Position numbers and translations under genes: made by a program. The notes beneath the pieces were generated by a model. That model had not been told where the DNA came from, searched no databases, and saw nothing but the letters and a program-made list of their open reading frames with translations. A stretch of 64,000 bases of DNA from Octopus sinensis (taxonomy: Eukaryota), in contig NC_043008.1 of NCBI RefSeq assembly GCF_006345805.1, positions 60,326,001 to 60,390,000 on the forward strand, read 5' to 3'. This document shows positions 12,539-27,296 of this stretch, piece by piece; position 1 is the first letter of the stretch, and each line of letters begins with the position of its first letter.

Positions 12539-15479
12539 TACGCACACACACACATATTCATACACACACATATATATAAATATATATGTAAATATATACA
12601 TATATGTACATACATATATATTCATATATGTATATACATACATACATATATACATATATATATACGAATTTACGTTGATTCATCAAGAAGCGATAAATTA
12701 TAGTACTCTATACACAAAGAGAGTGTACTTCATCATTGATTTTAACAGAATGCCTAAAAAATGCCAGTAATCGAAGTTTCGCGTGTTAACTCTTTGGGTT
12801 GATAATATGCATGTATTACGGTTTAAATGATTGGATTTTTGGCCAAATATTTCATCAGGTCGGCCGGAAAAATGCTTAAATTTTTTAACGAGTCATGCAA
12901 ATAATATTTTAAATAAAATAACATCTGTTTTGATATCGTGTTTCCAACTTATTTCTGGCTCTTGGAATGTTCCGCTGCTGTTTAAGCAATTTAAAATAAA
13001 AAAATTACAAAACCCCAAACGCAACAAAACCCACTTATCTGAAAAGAATTGCCACATCGAAATAAAAGATTTTCACTGAACCAAATGAAAACCAATGAGG
13101 CTAATAATTAGACCAATCATGTTTACTTTCGCAGATACAGTGTGCCAATAATTCCCTTCCATTGTTTAAACCTTTTCTATTTTGAAAAAGTCTCATCTTC
13201 TCGTTATAGCTTATCTTTTTACATCTGAATCTACTATTCACTTATTCACAATCAACCAGGTTATTTTGATAAAACCGTGGCACATTTTTTATTTATTAGG
13301 CTTGTTAAATGAATGCTAATGTTGATAGCATTGACTTTTAAATGTTAATTCAGTTACCCAAACATACACTTTTTTATTATCTCTAATGACTCAAATATAG
13401 CGCCCTATATTATCAATTTACCGTACACTTACTATTTACTGGAGAAATTTCAGTAATTTTACAGTTGCGTGTGTAGTGTTTATTAGAGTCTAGTCTTTCT
13501 GTCGCATTTGGTATTTTAATATAATAACAGTTGAACTAAGATCCAAAATCTTTAGTTTCAATAACTAAATTTATCACGATAAATACTTAAAATCTTCCTA
13601 TGTATAATCAACGGAAAATAGTGACCTTTCAATTAAGGAATTCGAAATAAATGTGCATTTGTTTTTACTTGTAAATAAAGTACCATCCAATATCCCTTTT
13701 CCTATTTCTACGTTCATCTCTCTTAGTATTTTATTTTCATATCTAATCCTTTTGAGGTTTACCCTATTTCAGACGCACTGCATTGTAAAACCCAGCTGTC
13801 CCCATAACCGCATTTTCAGGAAATATATTGATGATTGTTTACTAAAACCGTCGAAAAGTTCTCAAGATGCTGGGTGAGCTATTTGATTGCCCGTGTATGT
13901 ATACAAATTTCTAAAACTAAAACCTATCTCTAGGTTGTGCATCGAAAGTTTATGCTTGCGTCTAATATTTGAGATAATTAGATTAGGTCTTTCCTATATT
14001 AAACCAGTCTATGTGTATTGGATTTTCTCGATAGGATTACTCAATCATCATAATATAAGCTATTAATTTTATGACATTTATCCATAATGAATTTAGAATA
14101 TATAACCCTATAATTTTACTCATCTGATCACAATTTTATATCACAAATGTAAAGTGAAACAATTCATCCTTGTTTTTCTAAATATAAGTTTCGTTATCAA
14201 AAATTACAGGTGATTTTCTTACATTCTTCATAAGCATGGTTTAAGGTCCGACTCATTAATATCAGTAATTTTTTTTTCGTAAAATATAAGAACTTAATTA
14301 GTAAAGGTTTGGGTACTAGAGGACACAAGTTCACAATATCGTTCTGTAAAAATTTAGATTATCCTGTTCACTTCGAGATTCCGCTCGCACTTCTAATGAA
14401 TTGTACAATAGCTACAAGTTGTGTAGGAAACAGTTTTCACTCAAGAAAATATTGTATCTAATATTCTCCTGCTCTGTATACCTAACTGTGGCTTAGATAG
14501 GTTAATTAATGTAGAATTAGGGCTATTTCTACAGTTCAATTTGTGGTGTTTAAGCGTTGTAAAAAGGGAACGTGTGGCCAGAGATTCTGGTATATGCATA
14601 CACACATTCATACACACTCATATTTATATATAATATATAAATACATGCATATGCACACACACATACACGCATATATATATATATATATCTATATATATAT
14701 ACATATAGGTACTGTATGTATACGTGTATATATATGTATTGTGGAAATAAATGAATAAGATCTGTTGTCCTGGTGACATAAATCATAAACAACCTATAAA
14801 GCTAATGTTATCTATTTGCCTTCTCTACCTACAATGTTATTTATGTAGCTATAGAAGAAGTTATAGTTTTTACGCTTTATACTCAAGATTTATGTTACTA
14901 GGACAACATACTTAGATTTACAATAGTTTTCGTTTATATATTTTCATCTTTTTATTTATTTCTTTTCTCTTTTATTTACATTTCTCTATTTTTATCCCAT
15001 TCTATTTGAAATATTTTTCAAAAGTTTTTTTTTTCTTTTACTCAAACTTTTTTATTTTTATCATAGAATCTCTTTCTTCATTGTCATTGTCGTTCTTTCT
15101 TCCTACGTCAGCAAAGAGTCCTCGAGTAATTTAAATGGGATTCTTAATAACTTTGACTGTATTTACCTTTGAGTGTATCTACTAAGTGGTAGAAATATCT
15201 CACGTCACAGTTAACCGAATATTGAAAACGCAAAACTAGTAGTAATGATAGCTGTAATTTGTGAAGTTCTGAATATATATGCGTGTATGTGTCTTAATGC
15301 TTGTTTGTATAAAGCTAAAATAGTGAATGCTACAAAAGATAACATAAGTTGGTGGTTTGTACTTTTACTTTCCCAGGCAATCTCCGGAGAAAATATGTGG
15401 TGAGCTGACTTCTAGGTTCTGCAGTGCATGACTGTGAAGGACTGCTCTGTGTTAATATTGTAGACAATCAGCTGCAAAC

Positions 15480-15800
15480 AGTTAGGTTTTGTCATTAACA
15501 TTTATGCTAGTCTTGGTAATTAGAATATCTTTTTTTATCCTCAGGTCTCCACTATTTCGTTTAGTAGTTGCAATGGAAAATTTTTCTTGGATGTAGCATT
15601 TTCGTGGGTGTTCTTTAACGGAAGAAAGTTTTGCGCTGAGGTGTTTTTAGTCCATATGTGTACATGGCTGGTGCTACTTCCGGCGTACAATTCATTACAT
15701 TTGCTATTCGTGATTTTATACATCACACAAGACTGCAGGTATAGACGTTGAGTTTTGATCGGGCCGATAGGCAATGTATACTTGGTTTTACATTTTCTTG
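15480..15800 (-). pseudogene. Penelope-like element GIY-YIG endonuclease remnant
   Basis: ORF 15541-15774 has VMYKITNSKCNELYAGSSTSHVHIW, compared with the Penelope consensus VVYxIxCxxCxxxYIGxTxRxLxxR. Confidence 0.6.
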
Positions 15801-16714
15801 GTCCTTTTCTATTTAAGAGTCTGATAGTTGTAATTCAATACCTCTTCACGGGGTCCATAGCGGATTACAGAAAATAACTTTTTCGTTTACATGTAGCGGA
15901 AACAATATATGTCTATGTGAGTATGTCTGTTTGTGTGTGTATGTGTATGTGAGTGTGTGTGCATGCGCGCGTTTTTTTTTATGAGAATGCTCGTATATTC
16001 ATTGTACTCTCTTCTTGTATAGTTAATTATCCTTGCGTCGACACTGAAGCTTAAAGAAAGTTTCTGCATAATTCATATAAGTCAAACTTATTTTCTGGTT
16101 TTTCACACGTCATAAATCTCTCATTTTCTGTGCAGTCACAGCTAATTCCTCCTTACATTATCTTATGACCCAAAGCAAAATAGCAGAACCTACCTAGCTA
16201 TGTACGTTGTATTTGCAAATTTTGTAACCACCAGATCTTTCTACTGGCATTTCATGGAATAATGTCGAAATCATCACAAGTGTTAGAACGTCTATTAGAA
16301 TATTTAGTATTATTTGTCCCAGTTCACTACGTAGGCAGCTCAAATCCTGTAGAGGCTACATTTCTGTTTGATTTCCCTGAAGATGAGAAAATAACATACC
16401 AACGAGTATCAAGAGTAATTTTCTCTTCATTCCTTTTTACATGTGCCTTAGTTTCTTAGAATCGTCCATGTTCTTGTGTGAGAAATGTCATGTGTATCAA
16501 TCCCAGTTTCTTTCCGCCCAAAAGTGAGAAACTTTGGTTGAATGGTCTGTAGCAGCACTTATTATTTACGTACATTAATAATTCTACATTTTATAATATA
16601 ATATTTTATACAGTATTTTCTAATAAATTCTGGAGCTTTGCATGGTAAACTTTGAGACAACAGGGTCATTCAAAAATTTGAAACTGAAAGCTTATAGGCG
16701 TAGATATTAGTTTC

Positions 16715-17155
16715 AAATTTGGCACGAGGCCAGCAAGTTCGGAAGAGTGATAAGTTAATTATATTATCTTCAGTTTTCAACTGGTACTTATTTTATCGAT
16801 CAAAGGCAAAGTCGACCTCGGTGGTACTTGAACTAAGAACGTTAAAACGGACGAAATACCTATTTCTTTACTACCCACAAGGGGCTAAACACAGAGAGGA
16901 CAAACAAGGACAGACAAACGGATTAAGTCGATTATATCGACCCCAGTGCGTAACTGGTACTTATTTAATCGACCCCGAAAGGATGAAAGGCAAAGTCGAC
17001 CTCGGCGGAATTTGAACTCAGAACGTAAATACAGGCGAAATACCGTTAAGCATTTCGCCCGGCGTGCTAACGATTCTGCCAGCTCGCCGCCTTAAACGGA
17101 CGAAATACCGCTAAGCATTTATGTCAGGCGTGCTAACACTTCTGAAAATTCACCA
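16715..17155 (-). mobile_element. Older SINE B2 host interrupted by a B1 insertion
   Basis: Host tail at 16715-16860 and host head at 17094-17155 flank a full B1 copy. Confidence 0.8.
16861..17093 (-). mobile_element. SINE B1, full length, nested with 16-bp TSD
   Basis: aaacggacgaaatacc is duplicated at 16845-16860 and 17094-17109; B1 tail (rc) gccccttgtgggtagtaaagaaata. Confidence 0.93.
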
Positions 17156-17747
17156 CGTTCTATAAATATTACATTTTAATAGTATTTAAGCAACTTATAA
17201 CATCATTACAATTATTTTTCTTTCATAATTTCATGATGATTCTACAGTTATCGTTCAGAATGTTCTGTCATGCTGCATTTGTCTGGGTTAAAATATATTA
17301 CAAGTAGCCTGGTTATTGTAACAGTATTGGTTATTCTATTTGTATACGTTACTCTATATTTTCTTGGTAGTTTAGATATTATTTTTCTAATGGGATACAA
17401 TATATGTAGATATTACTTTTCAAATGTAATACAATATATCTACAGTAAAAACAGAATTGAGGTATTTGAACAGAAATGTTTGTTCAACTTTATTCTTACA
17501 AACAAGTTTATTCATACAAACACATCCATTTATATTATAATATGTGTATGTTTGTGGGAGTGTGTGCGTGACTAAAATAATTTAGTTTTCTCTTCAACGT
17601 TTCAAAAAACAACACAGCATGGTGTTTCATTTTTTGGAAATATCATGAAAGAAAACAGGTGTAAAGCCTATGGTGGCAAGAAACAAAATAGCATACTGAG
17701 TCATTGGTGGCGCTAGTTAACTTCATTGCAATAATAGTATCAGTTGC

Positions 17748-17950
<203 letters not shown>

Positions 17951-18141
17951 TAATTTGTAGGTAAATATGAAAGACGTAGGGCAAATGGATAAAATAGTGC
18001 GTCAGCAAGTCCGGGAGATTATATGAAACAGTAGGAAACTTAATTTACGTTTCTTTATTAACTTAACATTTTAAGATGTCTGCTGTATTAATCAACGAAA
18101 CCTACGTCAGGTCTAGAAAATTACCAACAAATATTGGTTTT

Positions 18142-18291
<150 letters not shown>

Positions 18292-18501
18292 AAGACAGGA
18301 AGAATGAGAGGGACAGACATATTCGGCAGGCGGTTAGGTAAAGAAAGAGACAGACAGTATTATATTAAGTGATATATGCCTGCAGTGACATATATGCATC
18401 CAGAATAAATAATCTTACCTCCACCACCACCACCACCACACGCACATACACACTCACAGTCATACACATACAGACACAGACATACATATACATACACACA
18501 C

Positions 18502-18733
18502 AAGGCGGCGGGCTGGCAGAAACGTTAGCACGCCGGGCGAAATGCTTCGCGGTGTTTCGTTTGCCGTCACGCCTTGAGTTCAAATTCCGCCGAGGTCGAC
18601 TTTGCTTTTCATACTTTCGGGCTCGATAAATTAAGTTCCAGTTACGCACTGGGGTCGATGTAATCGACTTAATCCGTTTGTCTGTCCTTGTTTGTTCCCT
18701 CTGTGTTTAGCCCCCTGTGGGTAGTAAAGAAAT
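18502..18733 (+). mobile_element. SINE B1, full length
   Basis: aaggcggcgggctggcagaaacg ... gtagtaaagaaata. Confidence 0.93.
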
Positions 18734-18740
18734 ACATATA

Positions 18741-19135
18741 GGCGCAGGAGTGGCTGTGTGGTAAGTAGCTTGCTAACCAACCACATGGTTCCGGGTTCAG
18801 TCCCACTGCGTGGCATCTTGGGCAAGTGTCTTCTGCTATAGCCCCGGGCCGACCAATGCCTTGTGAGTGGATTTGGTAGACGGAAACTGAAAGAAGCCTG
18901 TCGTATATATGTATATATATGTAAGTGTGTGTGTCTGTGTTTGTCCCCCTAGCATTACTTGACAACCGATGCTGGTGTGTTTATGTCCCTGTCACTTAGC
19001 GGTTCGGCAAAAGAAACCGATAGAATAAGTACTGGGCTTACAAAGAATAAGTCCTGGGGTCGATTTGCTCGACTAAAGGCGGTGCTCCAGCATGGCCGCA
19101 GTCAAATGACTGAAACAAGTAAAAGAGTAAAAGAG
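18741..19135 (+). mobile_element. SINE family A, full length
   Basis: Complete head, internal TA/TG tract and tail gactgaaacaagtaaaagagtaaaagag. Confidence 0.93.
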
Positions 19136-19664
19136 AGATAGATACACACACACAGGTGGGACCACTACTGGTAGAAGGCCAGTGTTTTAGTAGGCATCGC
19201 AATTTCCGTTGTGCTTACAGATTGCTTGGACACAAAAACACGAATTAAAAGATTGTGAACGGAATGGTCAGTGCAATTTTGTTTTTGCACCAAATTATAT
19301 ATCTCTTTATAGAGTGAATTATGTTAGTATAGTTAGAGCTTTTGTAAATGGATTTAGATAACGATAAGATGACGTAATTGAACGAAATAAGGAGATGAAT
19401 TACGCTTCCTTTAAAATATTCTGCTTTCATCCGTGTCTACATACTTTCCCTTACTTTTCGATTATATTTTCATACGTTTACATGTGGTTGCGTGAAAAGT
19501 AAATGGGAAGGTAGACAAAATATAAGGAATAGAAGGAAAAAAAATATGCAATATGAAGTAAAAGGAAGAAATGTATGCACTAGCAATCAGCTTTATATAT
19601 GTATTGAGTACATTTCGTCTGTTTAAAGGCATTCCCACACATATATACATACATACACACGAAC

Positions 19665-19756
<92 letters not shown>

Positions 19757-19763
19757 CTATCTG

Positions 19764-19803
<40 letters not shown>

Positions 19804-19830
19804 CCTATCTCTCTCTCTCTCTATCTATCT
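19665..19830. repeat. (TATC)n microsatellite
   Basis: Direct repeat. Confidence 0.95.
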
Positions 19831-19839
19831 ATTTATATT

Positions 19840-20058
19840 CTTTATTCTTTTATTATTTTACTTCTTTCAGTCATTTGACTGAAGCCATGCTGGAGCACCG
19901 CCTCCAGTCGAATCAAATCGACCCCAGAACTTATTCTTTGTAAGCCTAGTATTTATTCTATCGGTCTCTTTAGCCGAACCGCTAAGTTACGGGGACCTAA
20001 ACACACCAGCATGGGTTGTCAAGCGGTGTTGGGGGGAAAACACAGATACACACACACG

Positions 20059-20104
<46 letters not shown>

Positions 20105-20258
20105 CATACGACGGGCTTCTTTCAGTTTCCGTCTACCAAATCCATTGGTAAGGCTTTGGTCTGTCCGTGGCTATAGTAGACAACACTTGCCCAAAGTGCA
20201 ATGTAGTGGGACTGAACCCAGAACCATGTGGTTCGTAAGGAAGCTACTTACTACACAC
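19840..20258 (-). mobile_element. SINE family A, near full length
   Basis: Reverse-complement homology to 18741-19135 with an expanded internal (CA)n. Confidence 0.9.
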
Positions 20259-21181
20259 CACTATATATATATATATGCACATATATGTCTACATATACAT
20301 ACACATAAACACACGCATATATAGTTGTATGCGGGCTCTTATGCATAACCACAACGATTCATGGCGTCGAACGAACCCATTGACAACTAGATGTAGAAAT
20401 TAGTAAACTAATACAAAAATAAATGTATGTGTGTGTATGGTCTGTATATATACATAAATACGCACATATAAAATGAAACACATATAAAATATGAATGTAT
20501 GTGAGTTTATATATGTGTATGTATGTATTATATAAATATATGTATGTGTGTATATATGTATGTGTATACATATATAAATATATATATATATAATTATAAT
20601 TGAGCCTATGCACAAATATGTATGAATATACACTGCCATGTATATGAATATGAATATAAACTCACAATTATCTATCTCTAGTCATATAGTACAAACATAT
20701 ATACACACTCACACACATACACGTGTATATATGTGTATGTCTACGTGTGACTGTGTGGTTATGTGAGTCTGCGTAAGTATCAGACGGCTCAAATTCTTAG
20801 TAATCAAACTGTCCTCCACACTCTGCGCTAAAATGAATTCAAACAGAGATGATGATATCAATCACTGTCTTAATTTGTTATAACGGTGAACATTTCTCAA
20901 ACGTAGCCTTTCTATTGATTATGCATGTGAGTCTTTATATCAACATATCTACTTCCATACAGCGTTGCGTAAATAACTACGCAAAATGAATTACTGAGTG
21001 TCTTTACTCACACTAAAGGAAACAAAGTTGATATCATTCCAACATGCAAAACATCACTTAGAAATATGTCGAATAATGACAAATTGTCCTATCAAGTTTT
21101 CTTTCCCCATATAAAATTTTTATATCAAGGAAATATTCGGTGGGTATCAGTTTCAACTGGAATCGATATGATATACATACA

Positions 21182-21238
<57 letters not shown>

Positions 21239-21242
21239 TATA

Positions 21243-21285
<43 letters not shown>

Positions 21286-21589
21286 TATACATATATATGC
21301 ATATATATGAACATAAATTCACGCAGATATATATGCATGTACACTAGAATATATATATGTTCATATATACATACTTACAATCATACACACACACACACAA
21401 CTATATATATAGCAATGGTAATTTATAGTTACATAGGTACATGGATACATAAATATATATTCAGACATATAGATATGTGTATGAATGTACATATTTATAT
21501 ATTTACATATATATTACGTGTTCGGAAAGGAATTGTATTTTACCAGAAAGGATATAAAAATGAATGCGAACGACCTTCATCTGAATAGT

Positions 21590-22190
21590 ATTTTTTTTTA
21601 TCAAGAATGTAATCACTATTGTTCTCAACGAATGTAGCCCAAAAGTAACTTCGTTATTCCACGTTCAAAGAAAGCTATTTCTTTTCCTAAAAACAGTCTG
21701 AAAAGAATATTTTATACTTCCTGCTTGTTTCTGAATGCTTTATCTCTTATAAAATGTTCTAGTGATCGGAACAGACGGAAATTCGTAGATGCTAAGTCAT
21801 GTGAGTATGAAGAACGTCTCGTTATTTTTGTCTTGGGTTTGTTTGAAAGAGTGTCGCCATGCACTGTCATACTGGAGAATAACACTGCGCCATATGCTCA
21901 CGGGCATATGGCGTAGTGGTTAAGAGCGGGGGTCTACTAACACCTTTTTTCTGTTTAACAAAGCTGGCAACATTCGACATGATTTTTTAAGTACATGATC
22001 AAGTTATTCGTAAGAGACATCTGCATCGATGGTCTTTCTTTGTTCCCGTAGCGCGTAATGGATGATGCATTTGATGTCCCACCAAAGATAAATCAAGAAT
22101 TTTTGTGGATTGTGTTCTGGTTTTAGTTTTGAACAGACCAGTCATTAAGTGATAACCACTGTACTTTCCATGTTCTGTTGTGATGCGAAA
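21590..22190 (-). pseudogene. mariner (DD34D) transposase remnant
   Basis: Minus-strand fragments KPEHNPQKFLIYLWWDIKCIIHY, KGVILQYDSAWRH, YSHDLASTNFRLFRSL, FFERGITKL and VENNSDYI correspond to the mariner motifs WWD, HDNARPH and YSPDLAPSD. Confidence 0.85.
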
Positions 22191-22559
22191 CCCATATATA
22201 TATATGCACAATATATATTATCTATGGCTAGTATATATATATATAGGATATTCTTTCTGTCTGGGAATGTGTTTGTGGAGGTGTTAGCTAACTCCTCCTA
22301 CATAATTTTCTCGATTTTGATGAAATTTTACACGTGAGTAGAACTCATGTCTGGAAACCACATGGCATATTCAAATTGCATATTAAGATTGCAAAAATTG
22401 ATAAAATGGGCCCTGGAATGGATCTTTATATATATAATATATTTTATTTCAAAAGGCAAGGGAAATAACCCATTCACCACTGGAAGGGATCCTTATATAC
22501 AGCCAAGGGAAATACGCCATCAATTTTCCTAAATTATTTGGTAAAATGAAATTGAGTAT

Positions 22560-23050
22560 GCTTATATCTTACTATTTGAACTGTTAGAGTTATTTTCGCA
22601 ATTCATCCAGTACAACCCTTAAAGAAGTAAATAATATTTTCCTAAAGAATAGATCCACTTATTTCTGATGGTGACTTATTCACGAATATACCAAAACTAA
22701 CGCCCCTGAGAGTAATGTGCTCTGGGAACGCACAAAAACCCTTTTTAGAGTTATTTATTGTGAATTATTACCTCATACCTGATTAGCCTATTTTTACATT
22801 ATATGTTTCGCGATTTTAGTATACATGCCTTATTAGTATTTCCTCTTATGTTCTATATACTCTGAGAACGCATTAAATCATTTTGGGGGCTACTGGATTC
22901 TTTCTACAGGGTTACTTATTTTATAACTTCACAATTTGGGTATTCATAACTTATTGGGAATTCCTAAAAATAAGATCCTGTGTAAGACAGTTCGGTATTC
23001 TCTGTAAATGCACAAACACTGTTTTAAGGGCTACATACTTTGTATTGTTC
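22560..23050. repeat. Degenerate ~140-bp tandem repeat
   Basis: Related motifs gctctgggaacgcacaaaaaccc (~22719), actctgagaacgcattaaatca (~22859) and ttctctgtaaatgcacaaacact (~22998). Confidence 0.45.
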
Positions 23051-23711
23051 TTATTGGATTAGTGAAATAATTATGAGAACGGAACCAAAGGAAGAGCCCC
23101 GCTTTCCTGGGAATTACCAGGTAAGTCAGCTAATATATATATATATATATATATATATTAACACGGAAATGTGCACATATGTGCATGTGTTGCAACGAAG
23201 GTACGCCTATAAGATAGAAGCTAAATGAGTTCTTTAATTTGGAAGAATGAAACATTTAATACTATTATCCATATCTGTATGTGTATGTGCCTGAAACCTT
23301 GCGCGCGTGCGTTTGAGTATGTAAATTTTCTTCTCGTATATCATTCATTCAATAGATAAATGAATGTTAGGCCTTTCGGACATGAGGAAGAGCAAAGGAA
23401 TATGCCCGATTATTATGAAATCGGCCTTACTTCTTTTCATGCTAACAACACTTGTATCATATTCATCATATTGCTTTTATTAACACTATGTAAGAAAAAA
23501 GCTGTAGAGATATGAATACGATAAGAAAAATATCGTGAAGCAAATGGGAGAAGATACATCAAAAGAATGAGGAGAAGAATGTTAATAAACCAGTACGGAG
23601 ATCTCATATCTTCCATTCGTTTATTTCTCCTGAATCTCACTCAGCTGCTGTAATGCCATTCATATGTAGGATAACCGAAACGCTTATTTTAATGACGTTA
23701 GTAATTGACTG

Positions 23712-23972
23712 TGGAGGCGCGTGGCTTAGTGGTTAGGGTGTCAACATCATGATCGTAACATTGAGGTTTCGATCCCTGGACCGGGCGACGCTTTGTGTTC
23801 TTGGGCAAAACACTTCATTCCACGTTGCTCCAGTCCAACCAGCTGGCAACAATGAGTAAAGCTGCGATGGACTGGCGTCCCGTCCAGCTGGGGAACACAT
23901 ACGCCATAGAAACCGGGAAACCGGGCCCATGAGCCTGGCTTGGCTTTAAAAGGGCGCATTTATTATTTTTAT
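23712..23972 (+). mobile_element. SINE with head D and tail Y, full length with 14-bp TSD
   Basis: Homologous to 8037-8301; TSD ttagtaattgactg at 23698-23711 and 23973-23986. Confidence 0.93.
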
Positions 23973-24966
23973 TTAGTAATTGACTGCTATTTTATTCAAT
24001 CCACTAAGGAAAGACAACATTGACCAGATGATATTTGAACTTAGAATTTAAATGTAGCAAAATGAATACCGTAAGCAATTTTAACACACTGCAGGATTCG
24101 AAAATCCATAGATTTAACGCCGATGATGAAGGATACAAAAACGAATTGTAATAGAGAGACAACTCAAAATCATGCTGACAACGTTGAGTTTTATACAATG
24201 ACGTAGTGGTGGTGGTGGTGGAGGTTTTAGTGAATCTTAGAGACTCTAAATGACTTAAGTATCCGCAGATATTGATGATCGTACGTATTTTATCGAAGTA
24301 AATGGGTCCCGAGAAGTATAAAAATAAGGTAAAAAGGCAATAAAGAAAAAAGAAACTCGATTAGCAAAATAAAACAAAAATAACAAAAATTGTTAGAAAT
24401 TCGTAAACTAAAGAAACAAAAGTTATGAGAAAAAATCGATAGGATGATGCTAAGCTTGTTGATAATTTCTTGAGAGGAAATAATCAGTGTACATTATTGA
24501 TTTCAGTAAAATAAGACTGTGAAAAATATTCATATGGGAAGAAAAATGTGGGATTCTGTTTTTGAGCTAAATTATGTGTTTTAAGAAGTAAAAAAAAAAA
24601 TGTTAAAAACAAATAAAATATACAAGACAAAACTGAAATAATATAACACCCATAAATACATTTTTCAATGAAATGTTGATTTGGGTTATGTGTTTGTTTT
24701 GATATTTTAAAAATTCACCTAAAAAAAAATCTATTTATTTTACTACAAATGGATATGACGACGATGACGACGAGGAAAACAATGGTTAATCTGAAGATGA
24801 CGATAATGAGCAGATGATGTGTATGTCTGCATATAAAAATAGTGCAGTCTCTCTGTCATCGACGTTTAAATGACATCCCTCCCTCCTTCCCCCTGTCTCT
24901 CTCTCTATGTATGTATCTGTGTATATATATGTAAATATATACATACACACACACACATATATATAT

Positions 24967-25019
<53 letters not shown>

Positions 25020-25190
25020 ATATATATATATATATATACATATATGTAGGTCCCGGGTTGAGTCGGGGTTAACCACAGTAAATAAGGTACTCAATACATA
25101 GCAGAGTAAAGTAATTTATTTTATAGAAGGAGCTTCTATAAAATAAAATATATATACATATATATATATGTCTGTATATGGATATATATA

Positions 25191-25242
<52 letters not shown>

Positions 25243-26914
25243 GTATGTATGAATACACACACATATATGTGTGGATATATGTGTGTGCAAGTATGTATGT
25301 TTTTATACCGTTTGATTCTACAAAACCTGCCTTGAATGCGAACATTTCCTCGATGTCTTGATCCAGTTCATTAGGCCAACATAACAAGATTAATTCTCCT
25401 TCTTTAATTCTTGAATATCTAAAAAGCCATTTCTTTCTCAAATTGTTCAACTCTATAATGAATGAAGTTTGAAGGAGCGATGTAGAAAGGGAGAAGTGAT
25501 TCGATGACTTTTCAAAACGTTTTTTTTTTTCTTTTTATGTGGCACCCCCATCCCCGGTAACTTCATCTTACGCCCACACCTATTTGATTTTTCCTCATAC
25601 ATTGTTTATTATGCAAAAATATTGGTAAAAGCTGTTTGTCAATTCACCTCAAGATTAGAAGAACTAATAGCATTTTAAGGAACAAGCAATTTTATGATGT
25701 GCTATAGCGTTACAAGTGATAAGAGAAATGCAACTCGTCGACATTAATAAACCAGATACGTACCTATCATATATATTCAATTATGCCTCTCACATTTTCT
25801 GTTTTCGTTTCAAAGAATCATATTGTTAAAGACTTACCTAAAAGTAGAAAGAAATCAGAGATAAAATAAATCAGAAATCAAATTAATGCGAAGAGAAATG
25901 CATGCGAAATAGAATACAAATAGATAAGCTGTTGCATACAATACATTCTCTCTCTTCCACCTTCTCGTCTTCTCTCTTTTACTCTCTCACTCTCTCTCTC
26001 CTTCTTTTGCTCTGTCGTTGGGCGTATGTGTGAGCGTGACTGTATGGGTGCGCGAGGCCTCTGTGTGTGCGTATCTGTGAGTGTGAGTGTGTGTATGTGT
26101 GATGCCTGTGCGGTATCTTTCAATAATTTATCAGTTTCAGTTATCGGACATCGATCACGATGCGTCATCATTTTGTTAGGATTTTAGTTGACCCCCAAGT
26201 ATTAATTCTATTGAACCCTATTAATTGAACCGCTAGACCAAGCGACATGAACAGCAACTACAGTTATGCTTTGATTCGCATCAACGTAAATATAAATATC
26301 ATTTAAATACACAGAACAAAGTCACACATACACCTATCTGGGTCGACCGCGTCCTCCACTTCATTTTTTGTAAATCACTCATTTTCATTTAATTGTATAT
26401 ATTTTAATTATTAGTTTATTCATACGTTTCGTGTCATTCTATACCCTGACTCCAATGTTAGGTTTGTCTGTCCTCGTATCGTCCCATCTTTTTCTCAACC
26501 TTATGGTGAATAAAGAAATCCTCTCTTTCTCTCTCTCCTTCTCAGTTAAATACACGCGCACATAGACACACGGACACGTAAAGCTTTATAAAATTCTGTT
26601 TAGAAATATTTTACTCTCTCAATATGAGAAGAGTCAAATGTTAAACCGATCATAAAATGCAGTATATAAAATACTTTATATACAATATAATTTTCAACAT
26701 TGAAAAAAACGGAAGACATTTTGAAGAAGACGTAACGTGAAGACGGAGTGAAGAATGTGGAGTAAGGTACTATATGAAGACCTTTCACTTCTATATGAAG
26801 ATAAAAGGACACATTAAAAATAAGTCTAACTATTGTACTAATTTCTATATGAAGATAAATTGACTTATCAAAAATATAAACATTTTGCTAACGAAAATGA
26901 ATAGGAATAAATAT

Positions 26915-27296
26915 ACTCTTTACTCTCTTTTACTTGTTTCTGTCATTTGACTGCGGCCATGCTGGAGCACCGCCTTTAGTCGAGCAAATCGACCCCAGAA
27001 CTTATTCTTTGTAAGCCTAGTACTTATTGTATCGGTCTCTTTCGCCGAATCGTTAACTTACGGGGACGTAAACATACCAGCATCGGTTGTCAAGAGATGT
27101 TGGGGGACAAACACAGACACACAAACATATTCACACACATACATATATACGACGGGCTTCTTTCAGTTTCCGTCTACCAAATCCACTCACAAGGCTCTGG
27201 TCGGCCCGAGGCTATAGTAGAGGACACGCAGTGGGACTGAACCCGGAACCATGTGGTTGGTAAGCAAGCTACTTACCGCACAGTCACTCCTGCGCC
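26915..27296 (-). mobile_element. SINE family A, full length with a small internal deletion
   Basis: Reverse-complement homology to 18741-19135. Confidence 0.92.

Noticed and set aside
13810-13850. RKYIDDCLL resembling an RT YxDD motif
   Set aside because: No flanking RT motifs; likely chance.
25290-25450. Minus-strand ORF segment WPNELDQDIEEMFAFKAGF
   Set aside because: Short, unrecognised and runs into a TA microsatellite; no splice or homology evidence.
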